The notes under the pieces are model-generated. The model was not told the DNA's origin. It made no database searches and saw only the letters and a program-made list of their open reading frames with translations. A DNA stretch of 64,000 nt from an uncultured Eubacteriales bacterium. Lineage in GTDB: Bacteria; Bacillota; Clostridia; Oscillospirales; UBA644. Location of the stretch: the NCBI GenBank assembly GCA_959604355.1, contig CAUHAO010000001.1, positions 779 through 64,778 of the forward strand. Direction: 5' to 3'. Numbering within the stretch: the stretch's first letter is position 1; every line of letters starts with the position of its first letter. The translations under genes were made by a program, and so were the position numbers. Below, piece after piece: positions 35,357-44,860 of the stretch.

Positions 35357-36301
35357 ATGAACAAAATCACAATCATAGGAACAGGAAGTGTCGGTTCTAC
35401 AATCGCGTATACGCTGACCCTCAACGGGTTAGCGTCGGAAATTGTAATGATCGACGTCAACACCGAGAAAGCTATCGGTGAAGCGCTTGATATAAGGCAG
35501 GGTACGCCGTTCTGCTCGCCATGCACCATATACGCGGGTGATTACAGCGATGCGGTCAACTCCGATATAGTCATTTTGACATCGGGTGTTGCACGCAAGC
35601 CGGGACAGTCGCGCCTTGACCTTGCACAGACGAATGTAAATATAGCTAAAAGCATAATTCCGAATATCATCCGTTACGCTCCGGACGCGAAATACGTCAT
35701 CGTCAGCAATCCGGTTGATATAATAACATATACTTTCAATAAAATTTCCGGACTTCCCGAAAAACAGATAATCGGATCCGGCACGATACTCGATACCGCG
35801 CGTCTGCGTTCGAGACTTTCGGAATGCTACAAAATAAATCAGAAGAACGTACATGCCTATGTTATGGGCGAACACGGAGACTCTGCGTTCGTGCCGTGGT
35901 CGCTTGCGAATATCTCCAACGTACCGATAGAGGCGCTCCAGGGCTCGATAAAGGGACTCAGTGATGAATATCCCGTCATAGATTTTGACGAGATCGAGAC
36001 TTACGTGCGTAAATCCGGCGCGCGTGTCATCGAGCGCAAAGGTGCAACGTTCTATGCTGTTTCGGTAGCAGTATGCCACATATGCAGATGTATCCTTTCG
36101 GGTATAAACACGACGATGACAGTCTCCACGCTCATGCACGGCGAATATGGTATAAATGACGTATGCCTGAGCGTACTCAACCTTGTCGGAGGCGGCGGTC
36201 TGCATGGAAAAGTATTGCCTCATCTTACGGATGAAGAGATACAGCAGCTGCGTCACAGCGAGAAATGCCTTAAAGAAGTCATGAAGGATATAAACATCTG
36301 A
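35357..36301 (+). CDS. L-lactate/malate dehydrogenase family enzyme (LDH-like fold, Arg at the substrate-discriminating position 102; probable malate dehydrogenase)
   Basis: Rossmann IIGTGSVGSTIAY, catalytic GEHGDS (His195), and LDTARLR (Asp168/Arg171). The specificity loop is SGVARKPGQSRLDL, versus GANQKPGETRLDL in B. stearothermophilus LDH. Confidence 0.85.
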   Translation: MNKITIIGTGSVGSTIAYTLTLNGLASEIVMIDVNTEKAIGEALDIRQGTPFCSPCTIYAGDYSDAVNSDIVILTSGVARKPGQSRLDLAQTNVNIAKSIIPNIIRYAPDAKYVIVSNPVDIITYTFNKISGLPEKQIIGSGTILDTARLRSRLSECYKINQKNVHAYVMGEHGDSAFVPWSLANISNVPIEALQGSIKGLSDEYPVIDFDEIETYVRKSGARVIERKGATFYAVSVAVCHICRCILSGINTTMTVSTLMHGEYGINDVCLSVLNLVGGGGLHGKVLPHLTDEEIQQLRHSEKCLKEVMKDINI

Positions 36302-36315
36302 CGGAGGGAACGAAA

Positions 36316-37692
36316 ATGGAATACCGTATAGAACACGATTCGATGGGCGAGATGAAAGTTCCCGCTGATAGACTGTGGGCAGCGCAGACCCAGAGAAGCC
36401 ATGAGAATTTTGAAATAGGAGTAGGTATCGAAACGATGCCTGCGGAGATAATACATGCTTTCGGCATACTGAAAAAGGCTGCGGCTCTTGCAAATCATGA
36501 GCTTAAACCCGAAAAGATGACCGATGAGAAACTCGCGGCGATAACCAAGGCATGCGACGAGGTCATCTCGGGAGAACTTAACGGTCATTTTCCGCTTGTC
36601 GTATGGCAGACGGGATCCGGCACGCAGTCCAATATGAACACCAATGAAGTCATCTGCAACCGCGCAAACCAGATCGCGGGAAAAGTTCTGACGCATCCCA
36701 ACGATGACATCAACATGAGCCAGTCGTCCAACGACACGTTCCCGACGGCTATGCATATTTCGGCGGTCGTGGCAATAGAAGATAAACTGATACCCGCAAT
36801 TGAACTTCTTATCGGGACTTTTAAACGTCTCGAAGCGGAAAACGAGGGCATTGTCAAATCCGGCAGAACGCATCTGCAGGACGCGACGCCGATAAAATTC
36901 AGCCAGGAGATAAGCGGCTGGCGCGCAAGCCTCGAACGTGACGCTGAGCTGCTGCGTGCCGCGGTCAAGCCTCTTTATGAACTCGCGCTCGGAGGTACGG
37001 CCGTCGGAACAGGGCTCAACGCACCGAAGGGCTTCGATACTCTTGTTGCGGCGAAAGCGGCGGCTCTTACGGGCAAACCATTCGTTACCGCGGCAAATAA
37101 ATTCCATGCCCTGACATCGAAAGATGAGCTCGTATTCGCTCACGGTGCTATAAAGGCGACGGCGTGCGACATGATGAAGATAGCAAATGACGTCCGTTGG
37201 CTTGCATCCGGTCCGCGCGACGGTCTGGGTGAGATACATATACCCGAAAACGAACCCGGCTCGTCGATAATGCCCGGCAAGGTCAACCCGACGCAATGCG
37301 AGGCGGTCACGATGGTTGCCGTGCAGGTAATTGGAAACGACGTGGCGGTGGGAATGGCGGCCTCTCAAGGCAACTTCGAGCTCAACGTGTTCATGCCCGT
37401 CGCGGCTTACAACTTTTTGCAGTCTGCGCGTCTGCTTGCGGAAGCGATAGTTTCGTTTAATAATAAATGCGCCGTAGGCATCACCGCGAATAAGGAGAAA
37501 ATGCATGATAATTTGCACAATTCCCTTATGCTCGTGACCGCGCTCAACCCGTATATCGGTTACGAAAACGCCGCGAAGACCGCAAAAAAGGCGTTCAAAG
37601 ACAATATTTCACTCAAACAGGCGTGTGTCGAACTCGGATTCCTCACAGAGGAGAGGTTCGACGAGGTGTTCCATCCGGAGCAGATGGTATAA
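36316..37692 (+). CDS. fumC: Class II fumarate hydratase
   Basis: Signature GSSIMPGKVNPTQCEA. The N-terminus MEYRIEHDSMGEMKVPADRLWAAQTQRS is typical of FumC. Confidence 0.95.
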   Translation: MEYRIEHDSMGEMKVPADRLWAAQTQRSHENFEIGVGIETMPAEIIHAFGILKKAAALANHELKPEKMTDEKLAAITKACDEVISGELNGHFPLVVWQTGSGTQSNMNTNEVICNRANQIAGKVLTHPNDDINMSQSSNDTFPTAMHISAVVAIEDKLIPAIELLIGTFKRLEAENEGIVKSGRTHLQDATPIKFSQEISGWRASLERDAELLRAAVKPLYELALGGTAVGTGLNAPKGFDTLVAAKAAALTGKPFVTAANKFHALTSKDELVFAHGAIKATACDMMKIANDVRWLASGPRDGLGEIHIPENEPGSSIMPGKVNPTQCEAVTMVAVQVIGNDVAVGMAASQGNFELNVFMPVAAYNFLQSARLLAEAIVSFNNKCAVGITANKEKMHDNLHNSLMLVTALNPYIGYENAAKTAKKAFKDNISLKQACVELGFLTEERFDEVFHPEQMV

Positions 37693-37706
37693 GGAGGAAC
37701 GGAGAA

Positions 37707-38504
37707 ATGATGAAGGTGAGTTACTTTCCGGGCTGTACATTAAAGAATAAGGCCCTGGATCTTGATACATATGCCCGCAGAAGCGCTCAGGTGCTGGGCG
37801 TTGAACTTGAAGAAACAGAAGACTGGCAGTGCTGTGGCGGTGCGTTTACGACCTCCGCCTCGGAGATCGCTACAAAGCTTTCTTCGGTACGCGCACTGAT
37901 ACAGGCAAAAAAGAAAGACCGCCCGCTCGTGACGGTCTGTTCGGCATGCCACAATGTAATAAAACAAACCAACCACGCGATACAGACCAACGAGGAGTTT
38001 GCAGCGCGTGTAAATAATTATTTGGGCGAAGACGGTCCTTACGACGGCTCCGTGCAGGTGTTGCACTATCTTGAACTTCTTCGTGACGTAATAGGGTTTG
38101 AAAAGATAAAACAGAGCGTCGTCAAACCCTTAACAGGCAGAAAAATTGCGGCGTATTACGGATGCCTGCTGCTGCGCCCGGGAAAGACGATGCGGATGGA
38201 TGACGTGGAAAATCCGAAGATAATGGAAGATTTTATCCGCGCCATAGGCGGCGAACCAGTCATATACGCGCTGCGCAACGAGTGCTGCGGCGGGTATATC
38301 GCGTTGGAACAGCCCGACTCTGCGAAAAAGAAGAGTGCGGCGGTACTTGACAATGCAGTTAACTGCGGGGCGGAGATGATAGTAACGGCGTGCCCGCTTT
38401 GTAAATACAACCTTGAGAAAAACGGCGGCGCAGACATACCCGTCGTATACTTTACGGAACTGCTTGCCGAAGCGTTGGGCGTAAAGGGGGATAAAAATGA
38501 ATAA
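37707..38504 (+). CDS. hdrB: HdrB-like CCG-domain protein (heterodisulfide reductase subunit B family)
   Basis: Two CCG domains: ...EDWQCCGGAF...TVCSACHN... and ...NECCGGY...TACPLCKYN. The start is ATG 37707 (AAGGAGGA RBS), not the track start 37623 inside fumC. Confidence 0.85.
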   Translation: MMKVSYFPGCTLKNKALDLDTYARRSAQVLGVELEETEDWQCCGGAFTTSASEIATKLSSVRALIQAKKKDRPLVTVCSACHNVIKQTNHAIQTNEEFAARVNNYLGEDGPYDGSVQVLHYLELLRDVIGFEKIKQSVVKPLTGRKIAAYYGCLLLRPGKTMRMDDVENPKIMEDFIRAIGGEPVIYALRNECCGGYIALEQPDSAKKKSAAVLDNAVNCGAEMIVTACPLCKYNLEKNGGADIPVVYFTELLAEALGVKGDKNE

Positions 38505-38883
38505 AGAAGACCTCAAAAAAGAGATAATCCGTTCGAGCGGTGTCAATGTACTCAAATGTATGCGCTGTGGCAAATGCTCCGGCACATGCCCCGCATACGA
38601 CGAGATGGAATATCATCCGCACGAATTCGTATATATGGTCGAAACCGGCGATATTGACGCGCTGATGAAGTCGCAGTCGATATATAAATGCCTGACGTGT
38701 TTCGCGTGCGTGGATCGATGCCCGAGAGGTGTCGAACCAGCGAAGATTGTGGAGGCAGTGCGCCTTGCGGTCATCCGTCAGAAGGGCAATAACCACCTTC
38801 TCGCTGATGAGATTCCGTCAAAGATCGACGAGGATATGCCCCAGCAGGCGATAGTCACCGCGTTCAGAAAATATACGAAATAA
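38497..38883 (+). CDS. hdrC: HdrC-like 2x[4Fe-4S] ferredoxin-type subunit
   Basis: CMRCGKCSGTCP and CLTCFACVDRCP motifs. There is an 8-nt overlap with the hdrB-like gene. Confidence 0.85.
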   Translation: MNKEDLKKEIIRSSGVNVLKCMRCGKCSGTCPAYDEMEYHPHEFVYMVETGDIDALMKSQSIYKCLTCFACVDRCPRGVEPAKIVEAVRLAVIRQKGNNHLLADEIPSKIDEDMPQQAIVTAFRKYTK

Positions 38884-38895
38884 GGAGGAAACGGA

Positions 38896-40890
38896 ATGCA
38901 AAGAATAGGTGTTTTCGTGTGCCATTGCGGCACAAACATAGCCGGAACGGTCGATGTAGCAGCCGTTTCCGAAGCTCTCGGACATGAGCCCGGCGTAGTA
39001 TTTTCGACAAATTATCAATACATGTGTTCCCAGGCGGGGCAGGACATGATAAAGGACGCGATAGCCGAGCATAAACTTACGGGTATCGTTATATGCTCCT
39101 GCTCACCGCGTATGCACGAAGCAACATTCCGCAAGACTGCCGCGGCGGCGGGAATAAACCCGTATATGATGGAAATAGCAAACATCCGCGAGCAATGCTC
39201 ATGGGTACACAAGGATATGCAGACCGGTACGGAGAAGGCGATAATCTTAGGCCGCGCCGCGATAGCGAAAGTTCATCTCAATACACCTCTTACTCCCGGA
39301 ACATCCGCTGTTACAAAGCGTGCGCTCGTCATCGGAGGCGGGATAGCGGGCATACAGACCGCGCTGGATATCGCAGATGCGGGATTTCCCGTCGATATAG
39401 TGGAAACGAAGCCTACCATCGGCGGCAAAATGGCTCAGCTTGACAAAACCTTCCCTACCCTCGACTGTGCAGCGTGTATCCTCACTCCGAAAATGGTCGA
39501 TGTGGCACAGAATGAGAATATCCGTATTTTCTCATATTCCGAAGTGACTGCGGTCAAAGGTTTCGTCGGCAATTTTGATGTTACAATAAAACGCAAAGCG
39601 CGTTACGTCAGAGAAGACATCTGCACGGGCTGCGGTGCATGCACCGAAAAATGTCCGCAGAAAAATGTTCCCAACGAGTTCAATCTCGGAATGGATAACC
39701 GACGCGCCATATATATCCCGTTTGCGCAAGCTGTTCCGAAGGTTGCGACAATCGATCCCGACAGATGCAATATGCTCAAAAACGGCAAATGCGGAGTGTG
39801 TGCGAAAGTCTGCACCGCGGGAGCTATAGATTATAAGGCAAAAGACGAATTTATCGAAGAAAAATACGGAGCGATAGTCGTCGCTACCGGCTTCAATCCC
39901 ATTTCGATGGAGAAATTCGACGAATTCGCATACTCTCAGTCCAAGGATGTCGTCACGTCGCTCGAATTTGAGCGTCTGATGAATGCCGCGGGCCCCACGG
40001 GCGGAAAACTGCTGCGCCCTTCCGACGGAGAACACCCCCACACGATAGTTTTCGTACAGTGCGTCGGCTCACGCTGTGCGGCATGTGAGGAAAAGGGTAA
40101 GGAATACTGCTCCAAGATATGCTGTATGTATACCGCGAAGCACGCGATGCTCACGCGCGACAAATATCCCGACACGGACGTTTATGTATTCTATATCGAT
40201 GTGCGTACTCCCGGCAAGAATTTCGATGAATTCTACCGCCGCGCGGTCGAGGAATACGGCGTGCATTATATAAAAGGCATGGTAGGAAAAGTCACACCGG
40301 AGGGCAAAAAGCTCTTGGTTCGCGCGTCTGACCTCATTGCTGATAAACAGCTCAATATCGAGGCGGACCTCGTCGTACTCGCGGCGGCGATAGAGCCCGA
40401 CAAATCCGCGCGTTCTCTTGCAACGATGCTTACAGCGTCCATGGATACGAACGATTTCTTCACAGAGGCGCATCCGAAGCTGCGTCCCGTCGAAAGCCCG
40501 ACAGCGGGAGTTTTCCTCTCGGGTGCGTGCCAGGGGCCGAAAGATATTCCCGAGACGGTCGCTCAGGCCGGTGCCGCGGCGTCGAAAGTAATCGGGTTAC
40601 TTTGCAAAGATAAGCTCACCGGCAACCCCTGTGTTGCATATCCCGACGAAATGATGTGCAACGGTTGCTCGGCATGCGAAAAAGTATGCCCCTACGGTGC
40701 GATAACTTATGTGGATAAAGAATTCCGTATGCCCGATCGCACGACGCGTATTCGCCGTGTGGCACAGGTCAATGAAGCCGTCTGTCAGGGCTGCGGCGCC
40801 TGCACGGTAGCATGCTGTTCCGGCGCTATGGATCTCAAAGGCTTTAAGAATAAACAAATAATGGCGGAGGTGGACGCGATATGCCGATAA
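38896..40890 (+). CDS. hdrA: HdrA-like FAD- and FeS-containing subunit (heterodisulfide reductase subunit A family)
   Basis: N-terminus GVFVCHCGTNIAG and FAD fold ALVIGGGIAGIQTALDIADAG. Ferredoxin-type motifs are CTGCGACTEKCP, CGVCAKVCTAGAI, CNGCSACEKVCPYGAI and CQGCGACTVAC. Confidence 0.9.
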   Translation: MQRIGVFVCHCGTNIAGTVDVAAVSEALGHEPGVVFSTNYQYMCSQAGQDMIKDAIAEHKLTGIVICSCSPRMHEATFRKTAAAAGINPYMMEIANIREQCSWVHKDMQTGTEKAIILGRAAIAKVHLNTPLTPGTSAVTKRALVIGGGIAGIQTALDIADAGFPVDIVETKPTIGGKMAQLDKTFPTLDCAACILTPKMVDVAQNENIRIFSYSEVTAVKGFVGNFDVTIKRKARYVREDICTGCGACTEKCPQKNVPNEFNLGMDNRRAIYIPFAQAVPKVATIDPDRCNMLKNGKCGVCAKVCTAGAIDYKAKDEFIEEKYGAIVVATGFNPISMEKFDEFAYSQSKDVVTSLEFERLMNAAGPTGGKLLRPSDGEHPHTIVFVQCVGSRCAACEEKGKEYCSKICCMYTAKHAMLTRDKYPDTDVYVFYIDVRTPGKNFDEFYRRAVEEYGVHYIKGMVGKVTPEGKKLLVRASDLIADKQLNIEADLVVLAAAIEPDKSARSLATMLTASMDTNDFFTEAHPKLRPVESPTAGVFLSGACQGPKDIPETVAQAGAAASKVIGLLCKDKLTGNPCVAYPDEMMCNGCSACEKVCPYGAITYVDKEFRMPDRTTRIRRVAQVNEAVCQGCGACTVACCSGAMDLKGFKNKQIMAEVDAICR

Positions 40891-41321
40891 ACGATGAAAA
40901 ATACAGACCGCTTATCGTGGCGTTCTGCTGCAACTGGTGCTCTTACGCGGGCGCGGACCTTGCGGGCAACAACCGTCTGGCGTATCCTGCGGACGTGAAG
41001 ATAATCCGCGTGCCTTGCTCCTGCCGCGTCAATCCCATGTTCGTTCTGCGCGCGTTCCAGAGAGGCGCAGACGGCGTTATCCTTTGCGGTTGCCATCCCG
41101 GTGACTGCCATTATACTTCGGGCAACTATTATACCCGCCGCCGTATGGCGCTGCTGTTCTCGATGCTCGACTACCTCGGTATCGAACGTGAGCGTACCCG
41201 CGTGGAATGGGTATCCGCTGCCGAAGGCGCGAAGTTTGCAGCGACAATGGAAGATTTCTGCGGTACCGTCGCCGCACTCGGCCCGAATAAGAGACTGGAG
41301 GATCTGAGATGCAAAAAATAA
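40881..41321 (+). CDS. mvhD: MvhD/FlxD-like [2Fe-2S] subunit (methyl-viologen-reducing hydrogenase delta subunit family)
   Basis: FCCNWCSYAGADLAG...IRVPCSCRVNP...GADGVILCGCHPGDCHY is the MvhD signature. There is a 10-nt overlap with hdrA. Confidence 0.88.
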   Translation: MPINDEKYRPLIVAFCCNWCSYAGADLAGNNRLAYPADVKIIRVPCSCRVNPMFVLRAFQRGADGVILCGCHPGDCHYTSGNYYTRRRMALLFSMLDYLGIERERTRVEWVSAAEGAKFAATMEDFCGTVAALGPNKRLEDLRCKK

Positions 41322-42301
41322 AACGTGAAATCCTCATAGACAAAGCAAAACAGTTGCTTGCGGACGGCACAGTCAGCCGTGTCCTCGGATGGAAAGAGGG
41401 CGAATTCTGTTACGATGTCACTCCCGCGGTCTTCCGTGACGCGAAAGCTCTTGAAAAGGATTTCATTTTCGGGGATTTCTGCGGTGCGAACTTCTCCAAA
41501 TATCTCGTTTCCGAGACAAGGAAGGACGACGGTAAAGTCCTCGTATTTCTCAAACCCTGTGATACATACAGTTTTAATCAACTTCTCAACGAACATCGTT
41601 TTGACCGCGAAAAGGTTTATGCCGTAGGTATTCCGTGCGAAGGTATGCTTGACGTGAGCAAGATCCGCAAAGCGGCAGAAAGCTTCACGGACATTGACAC
41701 TGATGGAGACAAAGTCACGGTTCATACGCTCTATGACGGCGACACAGTACTTGACCGTGCGGAAATTCTCGCGGAGCGCTGCCTGAGCTGTAAGTCCAAG
41801 AAGCATGTCGCGTACGACGAGCTTCTCGGAGAAGACGGAGAAGTTGCCGACAGCAATCGCTTTGACGAGGTTGAAAAGCTTGAAAAGATGACTCCCGACG
41901 AGCGTTTCGCGTTCTGGCAGGGAGAGCTTTCACGCTGCATACGCTGCAATGCGTGCAGAGACGTATGCCCCGCTTGCACTTGCGAAAAATGCGTTTTCGA
42001 CAATCCCGAATCGGGCGTTGAAAACAAGGCAATAAGCGACTCTTTTGAAGAGAAAATGTTCCATATCATCCGTGCGTTCCATGTCGCGGGACGCTGCACG
42101 GACTGCGGCGAATGCTCCCGCGTATGTCCGCAGCATATTCCTCTGCACCTGCTCAACCGTAAATTCATAAAAGACATAAACGCCTTCTACGGCGATTATC
42201 AGGCAGGCGCAACTGTGGGGCAGCGTGCTCCGCTGACTGATTTCACGACCTCAGACCTTGAGCCTTCCGACGCGGTGAAAGGAGGAAACGGCAATGCGTA
42301 A
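41309..42301 (+). CDS. FeS oxidoreductase subunit, FlxC / sulfhydrogenase-beta / AsrA-like (tentative)
   Basis: 330 aa with CIRCNACRDVCPACTC and CTDCGECSRVCP motifs. The architecture parallels that of the next gene. There is a 13-nt overlap with mvhD. Confidence 0.65.
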   Translation: MQKIKREILIDKAKQLLADGTVSRVLGWKEGEFCYDVTPAVFRDAKALEKDFIFGDFCGANFSKYLVSETRKDDGKVLVFLKPCDTYSFNQLLNEHRFDREKVYAVGIPCEGMLDVSKIRKAAESFTDIDTDGDKVTVHTLYDGDTVLDRAEILAERCLSCKSKKHVAYDELLGEDGEVADSNRFDEVEKLEKMTPDERFAFWQGELSRCIRCNACRDVCPACTCEKCVFDNPESGVENKAISDSFEEKMFHIIRAFHVAGRCTDCGECSRVCPQHIPLHLLNRKFIKDINAFYGDYQAGATVGQRAPLTDFTTSDLEPSDAVKGGNGNA

Positions 42302-43325
42302 AATACAGACAAATAATCTTGACGTTCTCTTTGCTGCGATATCCGCAACGATGAAGCTCTATATTCCCGTCGATACGGATGCCGGCGCGCAGTATATGCC
42401 GTGGCGCGATGGCGTGAAATTTTCATCAGCGCTCAATACCGCCCGCAGCGCAAAAGACTTCTTTTTTCCACAGTCCGAGGACCTTATGGCGTTCAAAGTC
42501 GAAGGCAAACGCATTGAAATAATCGACACACGCAAAGAGTCAGAGGATTTTGCAGTATTCGGCGTGCGTGCGTGCGACGTGCGCGGTTTTGAGGTGCTTG
42601 ACCGCGTCTTTCTGAACGAACCTGTGGATACATATTACAAAAACAGACGAGAGCACGGCATTATAATCTCTCTTGCCTGCAACCGTCCCTCCGAGACCTG
42701 CTTCTGCGGCACTTTCGGCATCGACGCGTCGCAGCCCGGTGGCGATATCGTGTGCCACATGACGTCGGACTTCCTTTATCTCGACGCAAAGACCGAAAAA
42801 GGCGAAGCTCTGCTTTCGTCGCTCGGCAGTATATGCGAAGAGTGCGACGGCGCGGCGGTAGAGGCAGAGAAAGAAATCATCCGCGGACGTTTGGAAAAGC
42901 TTCCGCTTGCAGACGTGAAGGCGGACAAATTCGGCAAGGACAAGACGAAAGAATTCTTTGATGATCCCGCATGGGCTGAGCTTTCCGAAGCATGCCTCGG
43001 CTGCGGCACATGTACTTTCGTATGTCCGACATGCCAGTGTTACGATATAAAGGATTTCAAGACAAATGACGGCGTGCGCCGTTTCCGTTGTTGGGATTCG
43101 TGCATGTATTCGGACTTTACCAGGATGTCCGCAGGACAGCCGAGACTGACACAGCTTGAACGCTTTCGCCAGCGCTTCATGCACAAGCTCGTTTATTATC
43201 CCACCAACAACGAAGGCGTTTTCAGTTGCGTCGGCTGCGGCAGATGTATCTCAAAATGCCCGATAAAGATGAACATAGTAAAAGTCATGAAAAAACTCGG
43301 GGAGGGGGATAAGAACGATGACTGA
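42294..43325 (+). CDS. FeS oxidoreductase subunit, FlxB / anaerobic sulfite reductase subunit A (AsrA)-like
   Basis: 343 aa with CLGCGTCTFVCPTCQCYD and CVGCGRCISKCP motifs. There is an 8-nt overlap with the upstream gene. Confidence 0.7.
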   Translation: MRKIQTNNLDVLFAAISATMKLYIPVDTDAGAQYMPWRDGVKFSSALNTARSAKDFFFPQSEDLMAFKVEGKRIEIIDTRKESEDFAVFGVRACDVRGFEVLDRVFLNEPVDTYYKNRREHGIIISLACNRPSETCFCGTFGIDASQPGGDIVCHMTSDFLYLDAKTEKGEALLSSLGSICEECDGAAVEAEKEIIRGRLEKLPLADVKADKFGKDKTKEFFDDPAWAELSEACLGCGTCTFVCPTCQCYDIKDFKTNDGVRRFRCWDSCMYSDFTRMSAGQPRLTQLERFRQRFMHKLVYYPTNNEGVFSCVGCGRCISKCPIKMNIVKVMKKLGEGDKNDD

Positions 43326-44151
43326 CATGAGAGATCCGCTCATTCCCGTTGTAGGCGAGGTCGTCGATATCCGCCTGGATACGCCCGATATAAAGACTTT
43401 CCGTGTCGTTACACCCGACGGCAAGAAGGCGTTTGACCACCGCCCCGGACAATGTGCTATGCTTTCGATCCCCGGTGTCGGTGAGGCCATGTTTTCCATA
43501 ACATCGTCCCCGACAAATACCGGATATATGGAGTTCTCCATTAAAAAATGCGGTTGTGTTACCGATTTCCTCCACAGTATGGAAGTCGGACAGCAGATTA
43601 CTATCCGCGGCCCTTACGGCAAGCCTTTCCCGGTAGACGACGCGTTTGTCGGAAAAAATCTTTTGTTTATCGCCGGCGGCGTCGGCCTCGCGCCTCTGCG
43701 CTCTGTCATAAATTATTGCCGCCATTATCGCGATCGTTACGGCAAGATTGACATTGTTTACGGCTCACGCTCCAAGGACGATCTGCTTGACTATAAGGAG
43801 ATCGTCGACGAGTGGGCAAATGATACGGACGTACATGTGCACCTGACCATCGACCGAGAGCAGGAAGGTTGGGACGGACATGTCGGATTCGTTCCGAACT
43901 ATGTCAAGGAATTGAGCTTTGATACCAATAAGATAGCTGTACTTTGCGGTCCGCCGATAATGATAAAGTTTACGCTTGCAGGGCTGTACGAGCTTGGATT
44001 TGAGAAAACTCAGATATACACGACGCTCGAACTGCGTATGAAATGCGGCATCGGTAAATGCGGACGCTGCAACGTCGGCTCAAAATACGTCTGCAAGGAC
44101 GGACCCGTGTTCCGTTTTGACGAACTGGACGAACTTCCGGACGAATATTGA
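43318..44151 (+). CDS. FAD/NAD(P)H-binding FNR-like subunit with C-terminal [2Fe-2S] (FlxA / AsrB / PyrK-like)
   Basis: RPGQCAMLSIPGVGEAMFSITSSP (flavin barrel), LLFIAGGVGLAPLRSV (NAD(P)H fold), and C-terminal CGIGKCGRCNVGSKYVCKDGPVF. Confidence 0.82.
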   Translation: MTDMRDPLIPVVGEVVDIRLDTPDIKTFRVVTPDGKKAFDHRPGQCAMLSIPGVGEAMFSITSSPTNTGYMEFSIKKCGCVTDFLHSMEVGQQITIRGPYGKPFPVDDAFVGKNLLFIAGGVGLAPLRSVINYCRHYRDRYGKIDIVYGSRSKDDLLDYKEIVDEWANDTDVHVHLTIDREQEGWDGHVGFVPNYVKELSFDTNKIAVLCGPPIMIKFTLAGLYELGFEKTQIYTTLELRMKCGIGKCGRCNVGSKYVCKDGPVFRFDELDELPDEY

Positions 44152-44174
44152 TAAAGTGAGAGGACTGAAGAATA

Positions 44175-44849
44175 ATGGAGAATACGGTAAATATATATCT
44201 TTTCGGCAAACAGTATACCGTGCCGGAGGATCTTACGATCATGCGTGCCATGGAATATTCGGGCTATCAGCTCGTGCGTGGCTGCGGTTGCCGCAATGGT
44301 TTTTGCGGCGCGTGTGCGACGATATACCGCATAAAAGGGCAGAGAGAACTCAAGACCTGCCTGGCGTGCCAGACGAAGGTCGAGGAAGGCATGTACATCG
44401 CGACGCTTCCTTTCTTTCCGCTCGTAAAACAAATCTACGACATCGAAAAAATCTCCCCCACCCAGCAGATAATGATGCAGCTTTATCCCGAGATTTACGC
44501 CTGTGTCGGCTGTAACGCCTGCACGAAAGCATGCACCCAGAGCCTTGATGTTATGCAATACATAGCTTACGCTCAGCGCGGCGAATTTGATAAATGCGCG
44601 GAGGAGTCTTTCGACTGTGTTATGTGCGGAGTATGTTCTTCACGTTGCCCCGCGGGCATATCCCATCCGCAGGTCGCAATGCTTGCGCGCCGTATAAACG
44701 GCAAATATCTCGCGCCAAAGACCGAGCATCTTGAAAACCGTGTAAAAGAGATAAACGACGGTACCTTCACGGATCTCATAGAGGCGCTTATGGGCAAACC
44801 AGTCGAAGAACTCAAAGAACTTTACAACAACAGAGAAATAGAGAAATAA
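44175..44849 (+). CDS. Succinate dehydrogenase/fumarate reductase iron-sulfur subunit-like protein (FrdB/SdhB-like)
   Basis: N-terminal 2Fe-2S-type GCGCRNGFCGACA...CLAC, then CVGCNACTKAC and CVMCGVCSSRCP cluster motifs. 224 aa. Confidence 0.75.
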   Translation: MENTVNIYLFGKQYTVPEDLTIMRAMEYSGYQLVRGCGCRNGFCGACATIYRIKGQRELKTCLACQTKVEEGMYIATLPFFPLVKQIYDIEKISPTQQIMMQLYPEIYACVGCNACTKACTQSLDVMQYIAYAQRGEFDKCAEESFDCVMCGVCSSRCPAGISHPQVAMLARRINGKYLAPKTEHLENRVKEINDGTFTDLIEALMGKPVEELKELYNNREIEK

Positions 44850-44860
44850 GGAGGGGCGAC

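Noticed and set aside
36253-37518. 421-aa ORF antisense to fumC, and the 354-aa ORF 35429..36493 antisense to the LDH/MDH gene
   Set aside because: These are shadow ORFs opposite strongly supported genes. They have no motifs and no RBS, and their Arg-rich composition is typical of an antisense frame.
37707-41321. Reading the hdrBCA-mvhD genes as a genuine CoM-S-S-CoB heterodisulfide reductase (methanogen-type metabolism)
   Set aside because: The surrounding genes are bacterial (sigG, addAB, CIRCE/hrcA). No mvhAG hydrogenase and no mcr or coenzyme M/B genes are present. Bacterial Hdr-like modules are known to serve other acceptors.
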